Source: Gammaproteobacteria bacterium (GTDB lineage: Bacteria; Pseudomonadota; Gammaproteobacteria; SZUA-140). From it: a stretch of DNA of 64,000 nt. Each line of letters begins with the position of its first letter. Position 1 is the first letter of the stretch. A model generated the notes under the pieces. The model did not search any database. It saw nothing but the letters and a program-made list of their open reading frames with translations, and was not told where the DNA came from. The stretch spans positions 467 through 64,466 of the forward strand of contig WFNO01000086.1 of NCBI GenBank assembly GCA_015488555.1, in the 5' to 3' direction. Positions 20,673 to 31,805 of the stretch are shown in pieces. The position numbers and the translations under genes are program-made.

Positions 20673-22223
20673 ATGGGGAAAGGAGTCCTCTCGAACACTC
20701 TCTTGAACTTCCTCTCAAACTCCCGGCTTGCCAGGGACAAGCCGTGCGGGCGTCGCAGGCGGCGGAAAGCAACCCGTGAACGTCGCCCAGGGTTGGCCAT
20801 CACCCTACTGATACTTACCGTGATCCTGGGGACGGGCTGCCACTCCGGATCGTCCAGCAATCCCCCCATCTCCGGACAACAGGCTCCCCAGATCCCAAAT
20901 TCCATTGATGCCATCCTCCTCAACTATCTGACGACGAACAACATCCCTGGGGCCACTGTAGCCGTTACCAAGAATGGCCGCCTGGTGTTGTGGAAGGGTT
21001 ACGGGATGGCGGACAGAGAAGCAAACGTGCCGATGCGGCCATGGCACCGCACTCCAGTCGGCAGCGTATCGAAGGTCTTGACCGCCATCGGTGCGCTGCA
21101 ATTGGTGGAGCAGGGCGCCATGCAGCTCGACCAGCCGCTCTATTCGTCGCAGATCTCACCAATCTTTGGAAGAGATGGGACGATATGGTTCATCTCCAAT
21201 CCTGATGGGATCCTGTCTGATACGGGCATGTATTTCGAGGCATTGGCCGAGGCACCGGCGAATCTTGCCAATGTCAATCCCACCAATCATACGCCGGCCT
21301 ACTTGCTAGGCGCCTCCGAGCAAGAGAATATCAATACGATCATGGAGTGGGCTTCAAAGATCCAGCTCCAACATGCACTGACTCATACCGCTGGATTCAT
21401 TGGAAGTGGGAAAGTAGAGATAGCACGCAGCTATTGGGGTTTGAGTGACAGCGACCCGCTGACATATGGGCAGCTTCACGCAGCCATGCTCGCTGGTGTC
21501 GCGGGTCTTCCTCTGCGTTTCGAGGCAGGGACAGATGTGGAATATTCCAATCACGGCTTCGGCGTCGTTGGCCTGGCCATTGCGGATCGTTCTGGGATGG
21601 AATATGTAGATTATATGCAACAGAATGTTTTTTTGCCGCTTGGCCTCGACGTCGTTCCTGTCAACGTAGTGGAAAGCATCGATGCCGCGACCTATGATAT
21701 GGATGGGAATGGCAACGTCGTTCGAAACGATCGCCCGCAGGGTGGAGGGGTACCTTTGGGTTTGGCAACGGGTGGCTGGGCCGCCTCCGCTTATGACTTG
21801 GCGCGTGTGATGTGTGCCCTCGATGCTGGGAGCAATACCACGCGTCTGCTCGATCAAGCTACCGTCAAGGAGATGCTGACCCCACGCTTCAAGAATCTCA
21901 GCAGCGGCATTGTATTGGGGTGGGATACACTTGTGTGGTTGAATTATGCGACGAAGACTGGGCTCTACAGGGGGAAAGACGGGGGGCGTGGAGGTGCCAG
22001 GATCTCCAAATATCTTCCCGAGGGGCCAGGCTCTAATACTTCTTTGGTGGATAGCGAAATCAACGTGGCTGTGGCCTTCAACGTTGACGTGATCCCGCCG
22101 GATTCGCTCCTCAGGGGCATTGCCGAGAGAGTAAACAAGGCAGAGATTCCAGAGGATTTCGATCTTTTCGATCCCGATTATCCATGCGTCGAGACGCCTG
22201 GAACGACCCTTACACTCGGTTGA
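20673..22223 (+). CDS. Beta-lactamase/transpeptidase-family serine hydrolase lipoprotein (class-C-like: SxxK, YxN, KTG)
   Basis: Lipobox (LILTVILGTGC) and the motifs SVSK, YSN, KTG in the correct order and spacing. The region appears lower in GC than its flanks and lies immediately 3' of the tRNA-fMet. Confidence 0.75.
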   Translation: MGKGVLSNTLLNFLSNSRLARDKPCGRRRRRKATRERRPGLAITLLILTVILGTGCHSGSSSNPPISGQQAPQIPNSIDAILLNYLTTNNIPGATVAVTKNGRLVLWKGYGMADREANVPMRPWHRTPVGSVSKVLTAIGALQLVEQGAMQLDQPLYSSQISPIFGRDGTIWFISNPDGILSDTGMYFEALAEAPANLANVNPTNHTPAYLLGASEQENINTIMEWASKIQLQHALTHTAGFIGSGKVEIARSYWGLSDSDPLTYGQLHAAMLAGVAGLPLRFEAGTDVEYSNHGFGVVGLAIADRSGMEYVDYMQQNVFLPLGLDVVPVNVVESIDAATYDMDGNGNVVRNDRPQGGGVPLGLATGGWAASAYDLARVMCALDAGSNTTRLLDQATVKEMLTPRFKNLSSGIVLGWDTLVWLNYATKTGLYRGKDGGRGGARISKYLPEGPGSNTSLVDSEINVAVAFNVDVIPPDSLLRGIAERVNKAEIPEDFDLFDPDYPCVETPGTTLTLG

Positions 22224-22499
22224 TTCCTCGGATGTAGGCTTTGACAAGCTCTGAAACAAGGGTAAAAAGGGCCTGTACGAAGAAAGGGCCGGCACTTCGT
22301 CGCAGTCCATCCAACATCTCGCTTTACCTTCCTGTATACACATTGTCTCGTCGTATCGTTCAAAGGCCCAGGAACGGGCTTGCGGGATTGTTCCTGACGG
22401 GTGGGCACCGCAGGTTGGGATGAAAGAACACCAAAGTCGGCGGCGACACACCAGGCCCTGAAAGAATTCGACACTCGGGCTGTTGTTGCCAGAGTGATA

Positions 22500-22528
22500 T
22501 TGCAAATACCAGAAGCGAGTCCTATAAT
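22500..22528 (+). promoter_or_regulatory. Near-consensus sigma-70 promoter (TTGCAA-N17-TATAAT) upstream of rimP
   Basis: -35 TTGCAA at 22500-22505, a 17-nt spacer, -10 TATAAT at 22523-22528. Sits about 275 nt upstream of the rimP ATG. Confidence 0.5.
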
Positions 22529-22596
22529 CATCGCCCGAGCGTACCGGTCCCCCGGGTGCTGGTAGATGCGGGATAGGATTTGGAGAGGCGCTGTCG

Positions 22597-22620
22597 AACC
22601 CCGTCATGGGGGTTTTTTTT
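22597..22620 (+). terminator. Intrinsic terminator/attenuator hairpin (AACCCC-GTCAT-GGGGTT followed by T8) in the rimP-nusA leader
   Basis: 6-bp GC-rich stem, 5-nt loop and eight consecutive T, about 70 nt downstream of the predicted promoter and 185 nt upstream of rimP. The position matches the NusA-autoregulated leader terminators of E. coli. Confidence 0.5.
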
Positions 22621-22804
22621 GATAGTGCCATAAAGGCCCGAAAGGCCGATCCGGAACGGATGAAAACGGGTGTATGGGAGGTGGGCCTTGGGCCCACTTT
22701 TTGTTTGTGCCCGCGACATGCAACAGGAGATGCAGTGGGGCCGAAGGGCAAGCGAGCATGTGACTCGGAGATGGGCGGACAGGATCACGGGTAGGACGGA
22801 ATCG

Positions 22805-23266
22805 ATGATACGCCAGGCAGACGAACGGCTTCACGGGCTCTTGCAGCCGGTTGTGAACATGATGGGCTATGAGCTTGTGGGAATTGAATATTTCCCTAGC
22901 GGTCGCCACTCTATATTACGTCTTTACATCGACAAGGAGGGCACAGGCATCGGTCTGGAGGACTGCGAGCGGGTGAGCCATCAGGTGAGCGCGCTGCTGG
23001 ACGTGGAAGATCCCATTCCCGGCCACTATCACCTGGAGGTCTCCTCGCCGGGCCTGGATCGGCCCCTGTTCACGGCGGAGCACTTCCGCCGCTTCAGTGG
23101 CCGGCGGGTGAAGCTGCGCCTGTGGGCTCCCAGGGAGGGCCGGCGCAATTACCAGGGCATCCTGCAGGGCGTGCAGGGGGGTCGGGTGCGGGTGGAGGTG
23201 GATGGCAAATGCATCGACCTGCCCCTGGAGGAGATCGAGCGGGCCCGGCTGGTGCCCGAATTCTGA
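22805..23266 (+). CDS. rimP: Ribosome maturation factor RimP
   Basis: VSHQVSALLDVEDPIPGHYHLEVSSPGLDRPLFTAEHF is nearly identical to the E. coli RimP core. Trimmed from ORF 22670..23266. Confidence 0.9.
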   Translation: MIRQADERLHGLLQPVVNMMGYELVGIEYFPSGRHSILRLYIDKEGTGIGLEDCERVSHQVSALLDVEDPIPGHYHLEVSSPGLDRPLFTAEHFRRFSGRRVKLRLWAPREGRRNYQGILQGVQGGRVRVEVDGKCIDLPLEEIERARLVPEF

Positions 23267-23325
23267 ATGGCTGTCGATCACGGGACGAATCGGGTACGAA
23301 CATTCGAGAAAAAAGGCGGTAGGCA

Positions 23326-24855
23326 ATGAGCAAAGAGATCTTGATGGTGGTCGATGCGGTGTCCAACGAGCGCGGCATCGACAGGGAAATCGTCGTCGAA
23401 GCGATCGAGGCGGCGCTGGCCGCGGCCACCAAGAAGCGCTACGACGGCGACATCGATGTGCGCGTGGAAATCGACCGCCAGACGGGCGACTATCAGGCCT
23501 ACCGCCGCTGGCTGGTGGTGGACGACGCCCAGGTGGGCGAGGAGGGACTGGAGAATCCCGATGCCCAGATCCTGCTCAGCGAGGCTCGCAAGAAGCAGCC
23601 GGACATCCAGTCGGGCGAGTACATCGAGGAACCCATCGAGTCCGTGGCCTTCGGGCGGATCGCGGCCCAGACCGCCAAGCAAGTGATCATCCAGAAGGTC
23701 CGGGAGGCGGAGCGCGCCAAAGTGGTGGAGCAGTACAAGGACCGGGTGGGCGAGCTGGTGACGGGCGTGGTCAAGCGCCTGGACCGGGGCAACGTGATCC
23801 TCGACCTGGGCGGCAATGCCGAGGCTGTGATCTTGCGCGAGGAACTCATCCCCCGCGAGGCCGTGCGCCCCGGTGACCGCCTGCGCGGATACCTCAAAGA
23901 AGTCCGGGCGGAGAGCCGGGGGCCGCAGCTGTTCGTCAGCCGCACCGCCCCCGAGTTGCTGGTGGAACTGTTCAAGCTGGAGGTGCCGGAGGTGGGCGAG
24001 GGGCTGATCGAGATCGTCAGCGCCGCCCGCGATCCCGGCTCCCGGGCCAAGATCGCGGTCAAGTCCAACGATCCGCGCATCGATCCCGTGGGTGCCTGCG
24101 TGGGCATGCGGGGGTCCCGGGTGCAGAGCGTCTCCAACGAACTGGCGGGCGAGCGCATCGACATCATCCTCTGGGACGAGAACCCGGCGCAGTTCGTCAT
24201 CAATGCCATGTCGCCGGCGGAGTTGCAGTCCATCGTCGTGGACGAGGAGAAGCACAGTATGGACCTCGCCGTGGCCGAGGAACAGTTGTCCCAGGCCATC
24301 GGCCGTGGGGGCCAGAACGTACGCCTGGCCAGTCAGCTCACCGGCTGGGAACTGAACATCATGACCGAGGCGGAGGCCGAGGAGAAGAGCGAGGCCGAGG
24401 CCGAAGCCTTGAAGAAGATGTTCATGGAACAGCTTGATGTGGACGAAGATATCGCCACAATATTCGTCCAGGAAGGCTTTTCCAGCATCGAGGAAATCGC
24501 CTACGTACCCATCCAGGAGCTGCTGGCGATCGAGGAATTCGATGAGGAGATCGTCCAGGAACTGCGCGATCGGGCCCGGGACGTGTTGCTGACCCAGGCC
24601 ATCGCCCAGGAAGAGAGCGAGGGTGGCATGCGGCCGGCGGAAGATCTCCTGGCGCTGGAGGGCATGGACGACGAATTGGCCTACAAACTGGCCGCACATG
24701 GCATCACCACCCAGGAAGAACTGGCCGAGTATGCCGTGGACGAGTTGCTGGAGGAAGTGGAAGGACTGGATCCGGAGCGGGCCAGCCAGTTGATCATGAG
24801 TGCGCGCGCCCCCTGGTTCGCCGAGGAACGGCAGCAACAGGAGCAACAGGGCTGA
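23326..24855 (+). CDS. nusA: Transcription termination/antitermination factor NusA
   Basis: 509 aa with N-terminal domain, S1, KH1/KH2 and acidic C-terminal repeats. Canonical position after rimP. Confidence 0.95.
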   Translation: MSKEILMVVDAVSNERGIDREIVVEAIEAALAAATKKRYDGDIDVRVEIDRQTGDYQAYRRWLVVDDAQVGEEGLENPDAQILLSEARKKQPDIQSGEYIEEPIESVAFGRIAAQTAKQVIIQKVREAERAKVVEQYKDRVGELVTGVVKRLDRGNVILDLGGNAEAVILREELIPREAVRPGDRLRGYLKEVRAESRGPQLFVSRTAPELLVELFKLEVPEVGEGLIEIVSAARDPGSRAKIAVKSNDPRIDPVGACVGMRGSRVQSVSNELAGERIDIILWDENPAQFVINAMSPAELQSIVVDEEKHSMDLAVAEEQLSQAIGRGGQNVRLASQLTGWELNIMTEAEAEEKSEAEAEALKKMFMEQLDVDEDIATIFVQEGFSSIEEIAYVPIQELLAIEEFDEEIVQELRDRARDVLLTQAIAQEESEGGMRPAEDLLALEGMDDELAYKLAAHGITTQEELAEYAVDELLEEVEGLDPERASQLIMSARAPWFAEERQQQEQQG

Positions 24856-24885
24856 AGCGCAGACAACAGTCGATATTGAGGCATC

Positions 24886-27624
<2,739 letters not shown>

Positions 27625-27680
27625 CCGTTGGAACTGCGCCACCGGTTCGTGCCGGTGCCCGCTGTGATCCTTACCATTTC

Positions 27681-28049
27681 ATGGCCAGAGAATACAATCG
27701 CACCGATCGTGTCGCCGAGCAGATCCGGCGCGAACTCGCCGTGCTCATCCAGCAGGAACTCAAGGATCCAAGGGTGGGCATGGCCACCGTTTCCGAGGTA
27801 CGGGTGTCCAGCGACCTGACCCATGCCAAGGTCTATGTCACGGTACTAGATGGACCGGAACAGGCGGCCGAGACCCTGGCCGCTCTCAATCACGCGGCGG
27901 GCTTCCTGCGCAGGGAACTAGGGCGGCGGCTGGTGCTGCGCGTCATTCCCCAGCTACGCTTCTTCCATGACGAGGTCCCGGCACGCGGTGCGGCCCTGGA
28001 CGCTCTGATCGAAACAGCGGTGGCCAGAGACAAGGCGAGGGACGGATGA
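27681..28049 (+). CDS. rbfA: Ribosome-binding factor A
   Basis: MAREYNRTDRVAEQIRRELA... matches RbfA. Trimmed from ORF 27534..28049. Confidence 0.9.
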   Translation: MAREYNRTDRVAEQIRRELAVLIQQELKDPRVGMATVSEVRVSSDLTHAKVYVTVLDGPEQAAETLAALNHAAGFLRRELGRRLVLRVIPQLRFFHDEVPARGAALDALIETAVARDKARDG

Positions 28050-28079
28050 AATGGCCATGAGGAGGCGAACGAGACGGAC

Positions 28080-29021
28080 ATGACGGATTCGCACAAAAGG
28101 AAAAGGCGGCGCGGTCGTCACGGCAGATCGGTGAATGGCATTCTGTTACTGGACAAGCCGACTGGGCTCACATCCAACGCCGCTTTGCAGGAGGTCAAAC
28201 ATCTGCTGCAGGCGCGCAAAGCCGGGCATACCGGCAGCCTCGATCCCCTGGCCACGGGCATGTTGCCCATTTGTCTGGGAGAGGCCACCAAGATCTCCGG
28301 TTTCCTGTTGGAGGCCGACAAGACTTATCGAGTACGTATCTGTTTGGGCACCACCACCACCACCGGTGATGCCGAGGGCGAGGTGGTATGTACCCAACCG
28401 GTACCCGCCTTCAGCCGCGAGGAGCTGGAACGAGTCCTGGACAAATTTCGCGGGCGCATCCAGCAAATCCCCCCCATGCACTCGGCCATCAAGCGCAACG
28501 GCCAGCCGCTCTACAAACTGGCTCACCTGGGCATCGTCGTGGAACGGGCCCCGCGCACCGTGGTGATCCACGAGCTGCGCCTGCTGGATCACGGGCAGGA
28601 GTTTCTGGAGGTCCATGTCCATTGTTCCAAAGGTACTTACATCCGCACTTTGGCGGAGGATATCGGTGCTGCTTTGGGCTGTGGTGGCCACGTGGCTGCC
28701 CTGCGCCGCATGGGTGTGGGTGCCTTTGACGCCAGTGAAATGGTGTCTCTGGAGGCCTTGAAACGCGGGGTGGAGGAGGAAGGTCCAGTTTCCGGAGACC
28801 GCTTTCTGGCGAGCATCGAAAGCGCTCTGCGGCACTGGCCTGAGGTGCGGCTCTCAGACGAAGTGGCCTATTTCCTGCGCCAGGGGCAAGCGGTATTCGT
28901 ACCCCATGCGCCCCCTCGGGGATATGTGCGCATTTACGCCGGACAGGCACATCATTTTCTGGGCGTGGGGCATATCCTGGACGACGGCCGGGTGGCCCCC
29001 AAACGACTGCTCAGCACTTGA
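28080..29021 (+). CDS. truB: tRNA pseudouridine(55) synthase
   Basis: NGILLLDKPTGLTSN..., HTGSLDPLATGMLPICLGEATK (catalytic Asp motif); colinear with E. coli TruB. Confidence 0.9.
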   Translation: MTDSHKRKRRRGRHGRSVNGILLLDKPTGLTSNAALQEVKHLLQARKAGHTGSLDPLATGMLPICLGEATKISGFLLEADKTYRVRICLGTTTTTGDAEGEVVCTQPVPAFSREELERVLDKFRGRIQQIPPMHSAIKRNGQPLYKLAHLGIVVERAPRTVVIHELRLLDHGQEFLEVHVHCSKGTYIRTLAEDIGAALGCGGHVAALRRMGVGAFDASEMVSLEALKRGVEEEGPVSGDRFLASIESALRHWPEVRLSDEVAYFLRQGQAVFVPHAPPRGYVRIYAGQAHHFLGVGHILDDGRVAPKRLLST

Positions 29022-29063
29022 GAGTGCGCCAGTAGTGGTACAGAGCCTGAGCCGCGGAATCAC

Positions 29064-29093
29064 TTGTATGGCAAGGGAGTTCATGGATACAAT
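29064..29093 (+). promoter_or_regulatory. Candidate rpsO promoter (TTGTAT-N18-TACAAT)
   Basis: Lies in the truB-rpsO spacer, where E. coli also has the rpsO promoter. The match to consensus is moderate. Confidence 0.3.
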
Positions 29094-29152
29094 ATGCCCT
29101 CTTTTTTCAGGGTTCACGAACGATCGAGAACACATCAAGCAGGTAGACGATT

Positions 29153-29422
29153 ATGGCATTGGATACGCAAACGAAGGCCGAAGTGGTGAAGCAGTTCCAA
29201 CGCTTTCCCGGTGATACCGGTTCACCGGAAGTCCAGGTGGCGCTGCTCTCCGCGCGCATCGAACAATTGTCCCGGCATTTCAAGGAACACAAACACGATT
29301 ACCACTCCCGTCAGGGGTTGTTGAAGATGGTGAGCAATCGCCGCAAGTTGCTCAACTATCTTCGCAAGCAGGACCTGGCCCGCTATCAAGATCTGATCAA
29401 CCGTCTCGGCCTGCGCAAGTAG
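29153..29422 (+). CDS. rpsO: 30S ribosomal protein S15
   Basis: 89 aa, highly conserved S15 sequence ([17 protein letters not shown]..., [12 protein letters not shown]). Confidence 0.95.
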   Translation: MALDTQTKAEVVKQFQRFPGDTGSPEVQVALLSARIEQLSRHFKEHKHDYHSRQGLLKMVSNRRKLLNYLRKQDLARYQDLINRLGLRK

Positions 29423-29501
29423 TGCTTGCGGGATGCCATATCGCGCGCCTGGTGCAGCGGCAGAGACCACCCTCCAGCCATCGACGACTCAAGGATTCAC
29501 A

Positions 29502-31601
29502 GTGACGCCCATCAAAAAAGTTTTTCGCTACGGTGACCACACCGTCACCCTGGAAACGGGGGAGATCGCCCGGCAGGCCACGGGGGCAGTGCTGGTAAAC
29601 ATGGACGAGACGGTCGTACTGGTGACCGTGGTGGGACGCAAGGACATGGAGCCAGGACGGGATTTCTTTCCCTTGACCGTCAACTATCAGGAACGTACCT
29701 ATTCAGCCGGCAAGATCCCCGGCGGTTTCTTCAAGCGCGAGGGGCGCCCCTCGGAGAAGGAGACTCTTACCTCGCGACTCATCGACCGGCCCCTGCGTCC
29801 CCTGTTTCCCAAGGGCTTCACCAACGAGGTCCAGATCATCGCCACCGTGGTTTCTCTGAACAAGGAGGTGGATCCGGACATTCCCGCCATCATCGGCGCT
29901 TCAGCTGCCCTGGCCGTTTCCGGTATCCCCTTCAACGGCCCTATTGGTGCCGCTCGGGTGGGATATCGAGACGGCCGCTATCTGCTCAATCCCACTCTCA
30001 GCCAGTTGGAGACCTCCCAGCTGGACCTGGTGGTGGCGGGTACCGCCAATGCCGTGCTCATGGTGGAGTCGGAGGCCAAGGAACTTCCGGAGGAAGTGAT
30101 GTTGGATGCGGTGCTGTTCGGGCACCAGCAGCAACAAGTGGTGATCGAGGCCATTCGGGAACTGGCCGCGGAAGTGGCCCCGGCGCCGTGGGACTGGCAG
30201 CCGCCCGAGGAGGACGAGGCCTTGAAAATCGCGGTGGTAGATGCGGTGCAGGATGACCTGGCAGCCGCCTACCGCATCCAGGAGAAACAGGCGCGCCAGA
30301 GCCGCTTGGGTGAGATCCGGGCCGCGGTACTGGATCGTCTCGGAGGGGAACGCCTCGGGGACGGCGGGGAAGCGCACTGGAGTGCAGATCAAATTTTGTC
30401 GGCGGTGGAGAAACTGGAGAAGAAAATCGTGCGCGAGCGTATCCTCGCTGGCGAGCCGCGCATCGACGGGCGCGATACCCGCACCGTTCGACCCATTCGC
30501 ATCCGGGTGGGCCTGTTGCCGCGCGCCCACGGTTCGGCTCTGTTTACCCGTGGCGAGACCCAGGCCCTGGTGTCCACCACCCTGGGTACCGGGCGTGATG
30601 CCCAGATCATCGATGCCATCGAGGGGGAACGCCGAGAACCCTTCATGCTGCACTACAATTTTCCACCCTACTGTGTAGGAGAGACCGGTTTCGTGGGCAG
30701 CCCCAAGCGCCGCGAGATCGGACACGGCCGGCTGGCCAAACGCGCCATCGCCGCGGTGTTGCCCGACCTGGATGAATTTCCCTATGTGATCCGCGTGGTA
30801 TCTGAGATCACCGAGTCCAATGGCTCCAGCTCTATGGCCACGGTATGTGGCGCCAGCCTGTCCTTGATGGATGCGGGCGTGCCCATCAGCGCTCCGGTGG
30901 CGGGTATCGCCATGGGACTCATCAAAGAGGGGGAGCGCAGTGCCGTACTTTCCGACATCCTGGGTGACGAGGATCATCTGGGCGATATGGATTTCAAGGT
31001 GGCCGGTACCGCCAAGGGGGTGACGGCCTTGCAGATGGATATCAAGATCGACGGGATCACCCGTGAGATCATGGCCAAGGCCTTGGCGCAGGCCCACGAC
31101 GGACGCATGCACATCCTGGAACAGATGAACGCCGTCATCGACAAGCCGCGCAGCGAGATCTCGGAGCACGCCCCGCGCATCGTCACCATCAAGATCAATC
31201 CGGAGAAGATCCGCGACGTCATCGGCAAGGGAGGGGCCACCATCCGCGCGCTGACGGAGGAGACCGGTGCCAGCATCGACATTGCCGACGACGGTACGGT
31301 GAAGATCGCCTCCGTGGACAATCATGCCAGTCAGGAGGCCATTCGCCGTATCAGGCAACTCACCGCCGAGGTGGAAGTGGGTTCGGTCTACGAAGGGCGA
31401 GTGGCCAAGCTCATGGACTTCGGCGCCTTCGTCACCATTTTGCCTGGCAAGGACGGTCTGGTGCACATTTCCCAGATTTCAGACGAGCGCGTGGAAAGTG
31501 TCAGCGACAAGCTCGCCGAGGGTGACATCGTCAAAGTGAAGGTGCTGGAGATCGACAAACAAGGACGGATCCGTCTGAGCATGAAAGAAGTGGAGGACTG
31601 A
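29502..31601 (+). CDS. pnp: Polyribonucleotide nucleotidyltransferase (PNPase)
   Basis: GTG start at 29502 with an AGGA RBS 6 nt upstream. Two RNase PH domains, KH and S1 domains; colinear with E. coli PNPase. The ORF-track upstream 23 aa are not conserved. Confidence 0.95.
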   Translation: MTPIKKVFRYGDHTVTLETGEIARQATGAVLVNMDETVVLVTVVGRKDMEPGRDFFPLTVNYQERTYSAGKIPGGFFKREGRPSEKETLTSRLIDRPLRPLFPKGFTNEVQIIATVVSLNKEVDPDIPAIIGASAALAVSGIPFNGPIGAARVGYRDGRYLLNPTLSQLETSQLDLVVAGTANAVLMVESEAKELPEEVMLDAVLFGHQQQQVVIEAIRELAAEVAPAPWDWQPPEEDEALKIAVVDAVQDDLAAAYRIQEKQARQSRLGEIRAAVLDRLGGERLGDGGEAHWSADQILSAVEKLEKKIVRERILAGEPRIDGRDTRTVRPIRIRVGLLPRAHGSALFTRGETQALVSTTLGTGRDAQIIDAIEGERREPFMLHYNFPPYCVGETGFVGSPKRREIGHGRLAKRAIAAVLPDLDEFPYVIRVVSEITESNGSSSMATVCGASLSLMDAGVPISAPVAGIAMGLIKEGERSAVLSDILGDEDHLGDMDFKVAGTAKGVTALQMDIKIDGITREIMAKALAQAHDGRMHILEQMNAVIDKPRSEISEHAPRIVTIKINPEKIRDVIGKGGATIRALTEETGASIDIADDGTVKIASVDNHASQEAIRRIRQLTAEVEVGSVYEGRVAKLMDFGAFVTILPGKDGLVHISQISDERVESVSDKLAEGDIVKVKVLEIDKQGRIRLSMKEVED

Positions 31602-31605
31602 GCGT

Positions 31606-31636
31606 TTCGCCTTGTCGTGAAACTCGTTTTTCTCTG
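31606..31636 (+). terminator. Putative intrinsic terminator after pnp (GTTTC..GAAAC stem followed by a T-rich tail TCGTTTTTCTC)
   Basis: 5-bp stem with a 10-nt loop, then a T-rich tract immediately after the pnp stop codon. Confidence 0.35.
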
Positions 31637-31805
31637 TCTTCCAGCGCGCGTAAGTCGAGATCGGTTCTTTTATTCAACCGTTCGTTGAGAGTCCTGATAC
31701 ATTCATCCAATTTATCTCGGTGTCCGGCAACCGTTCGCGCTCGTCATTTGACAGCCGATCCTTCCTCCCGCAGGATATGAGAGAGACATCTGTCATGACG
31801 GGGCG

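Noticed and set aside
21354-22751. 465-aa minus-strand ORF across the beta-lactamase-family gene and downstream spacer
   Set aside because: Antisense to a CDS with intact SxxK/YxN/KTG motifs. The translated product has no recognisable features and starts inside the rimP leader region.
20630-22804. Possibility of an intact integrative element or prophage at the tRNA-fMet
   Set aside because: No integrase, recombinase or phage genes, and no direct repeat of the tRNA 3' end, were found within the island-sized interval; only a single cargo gene is present.
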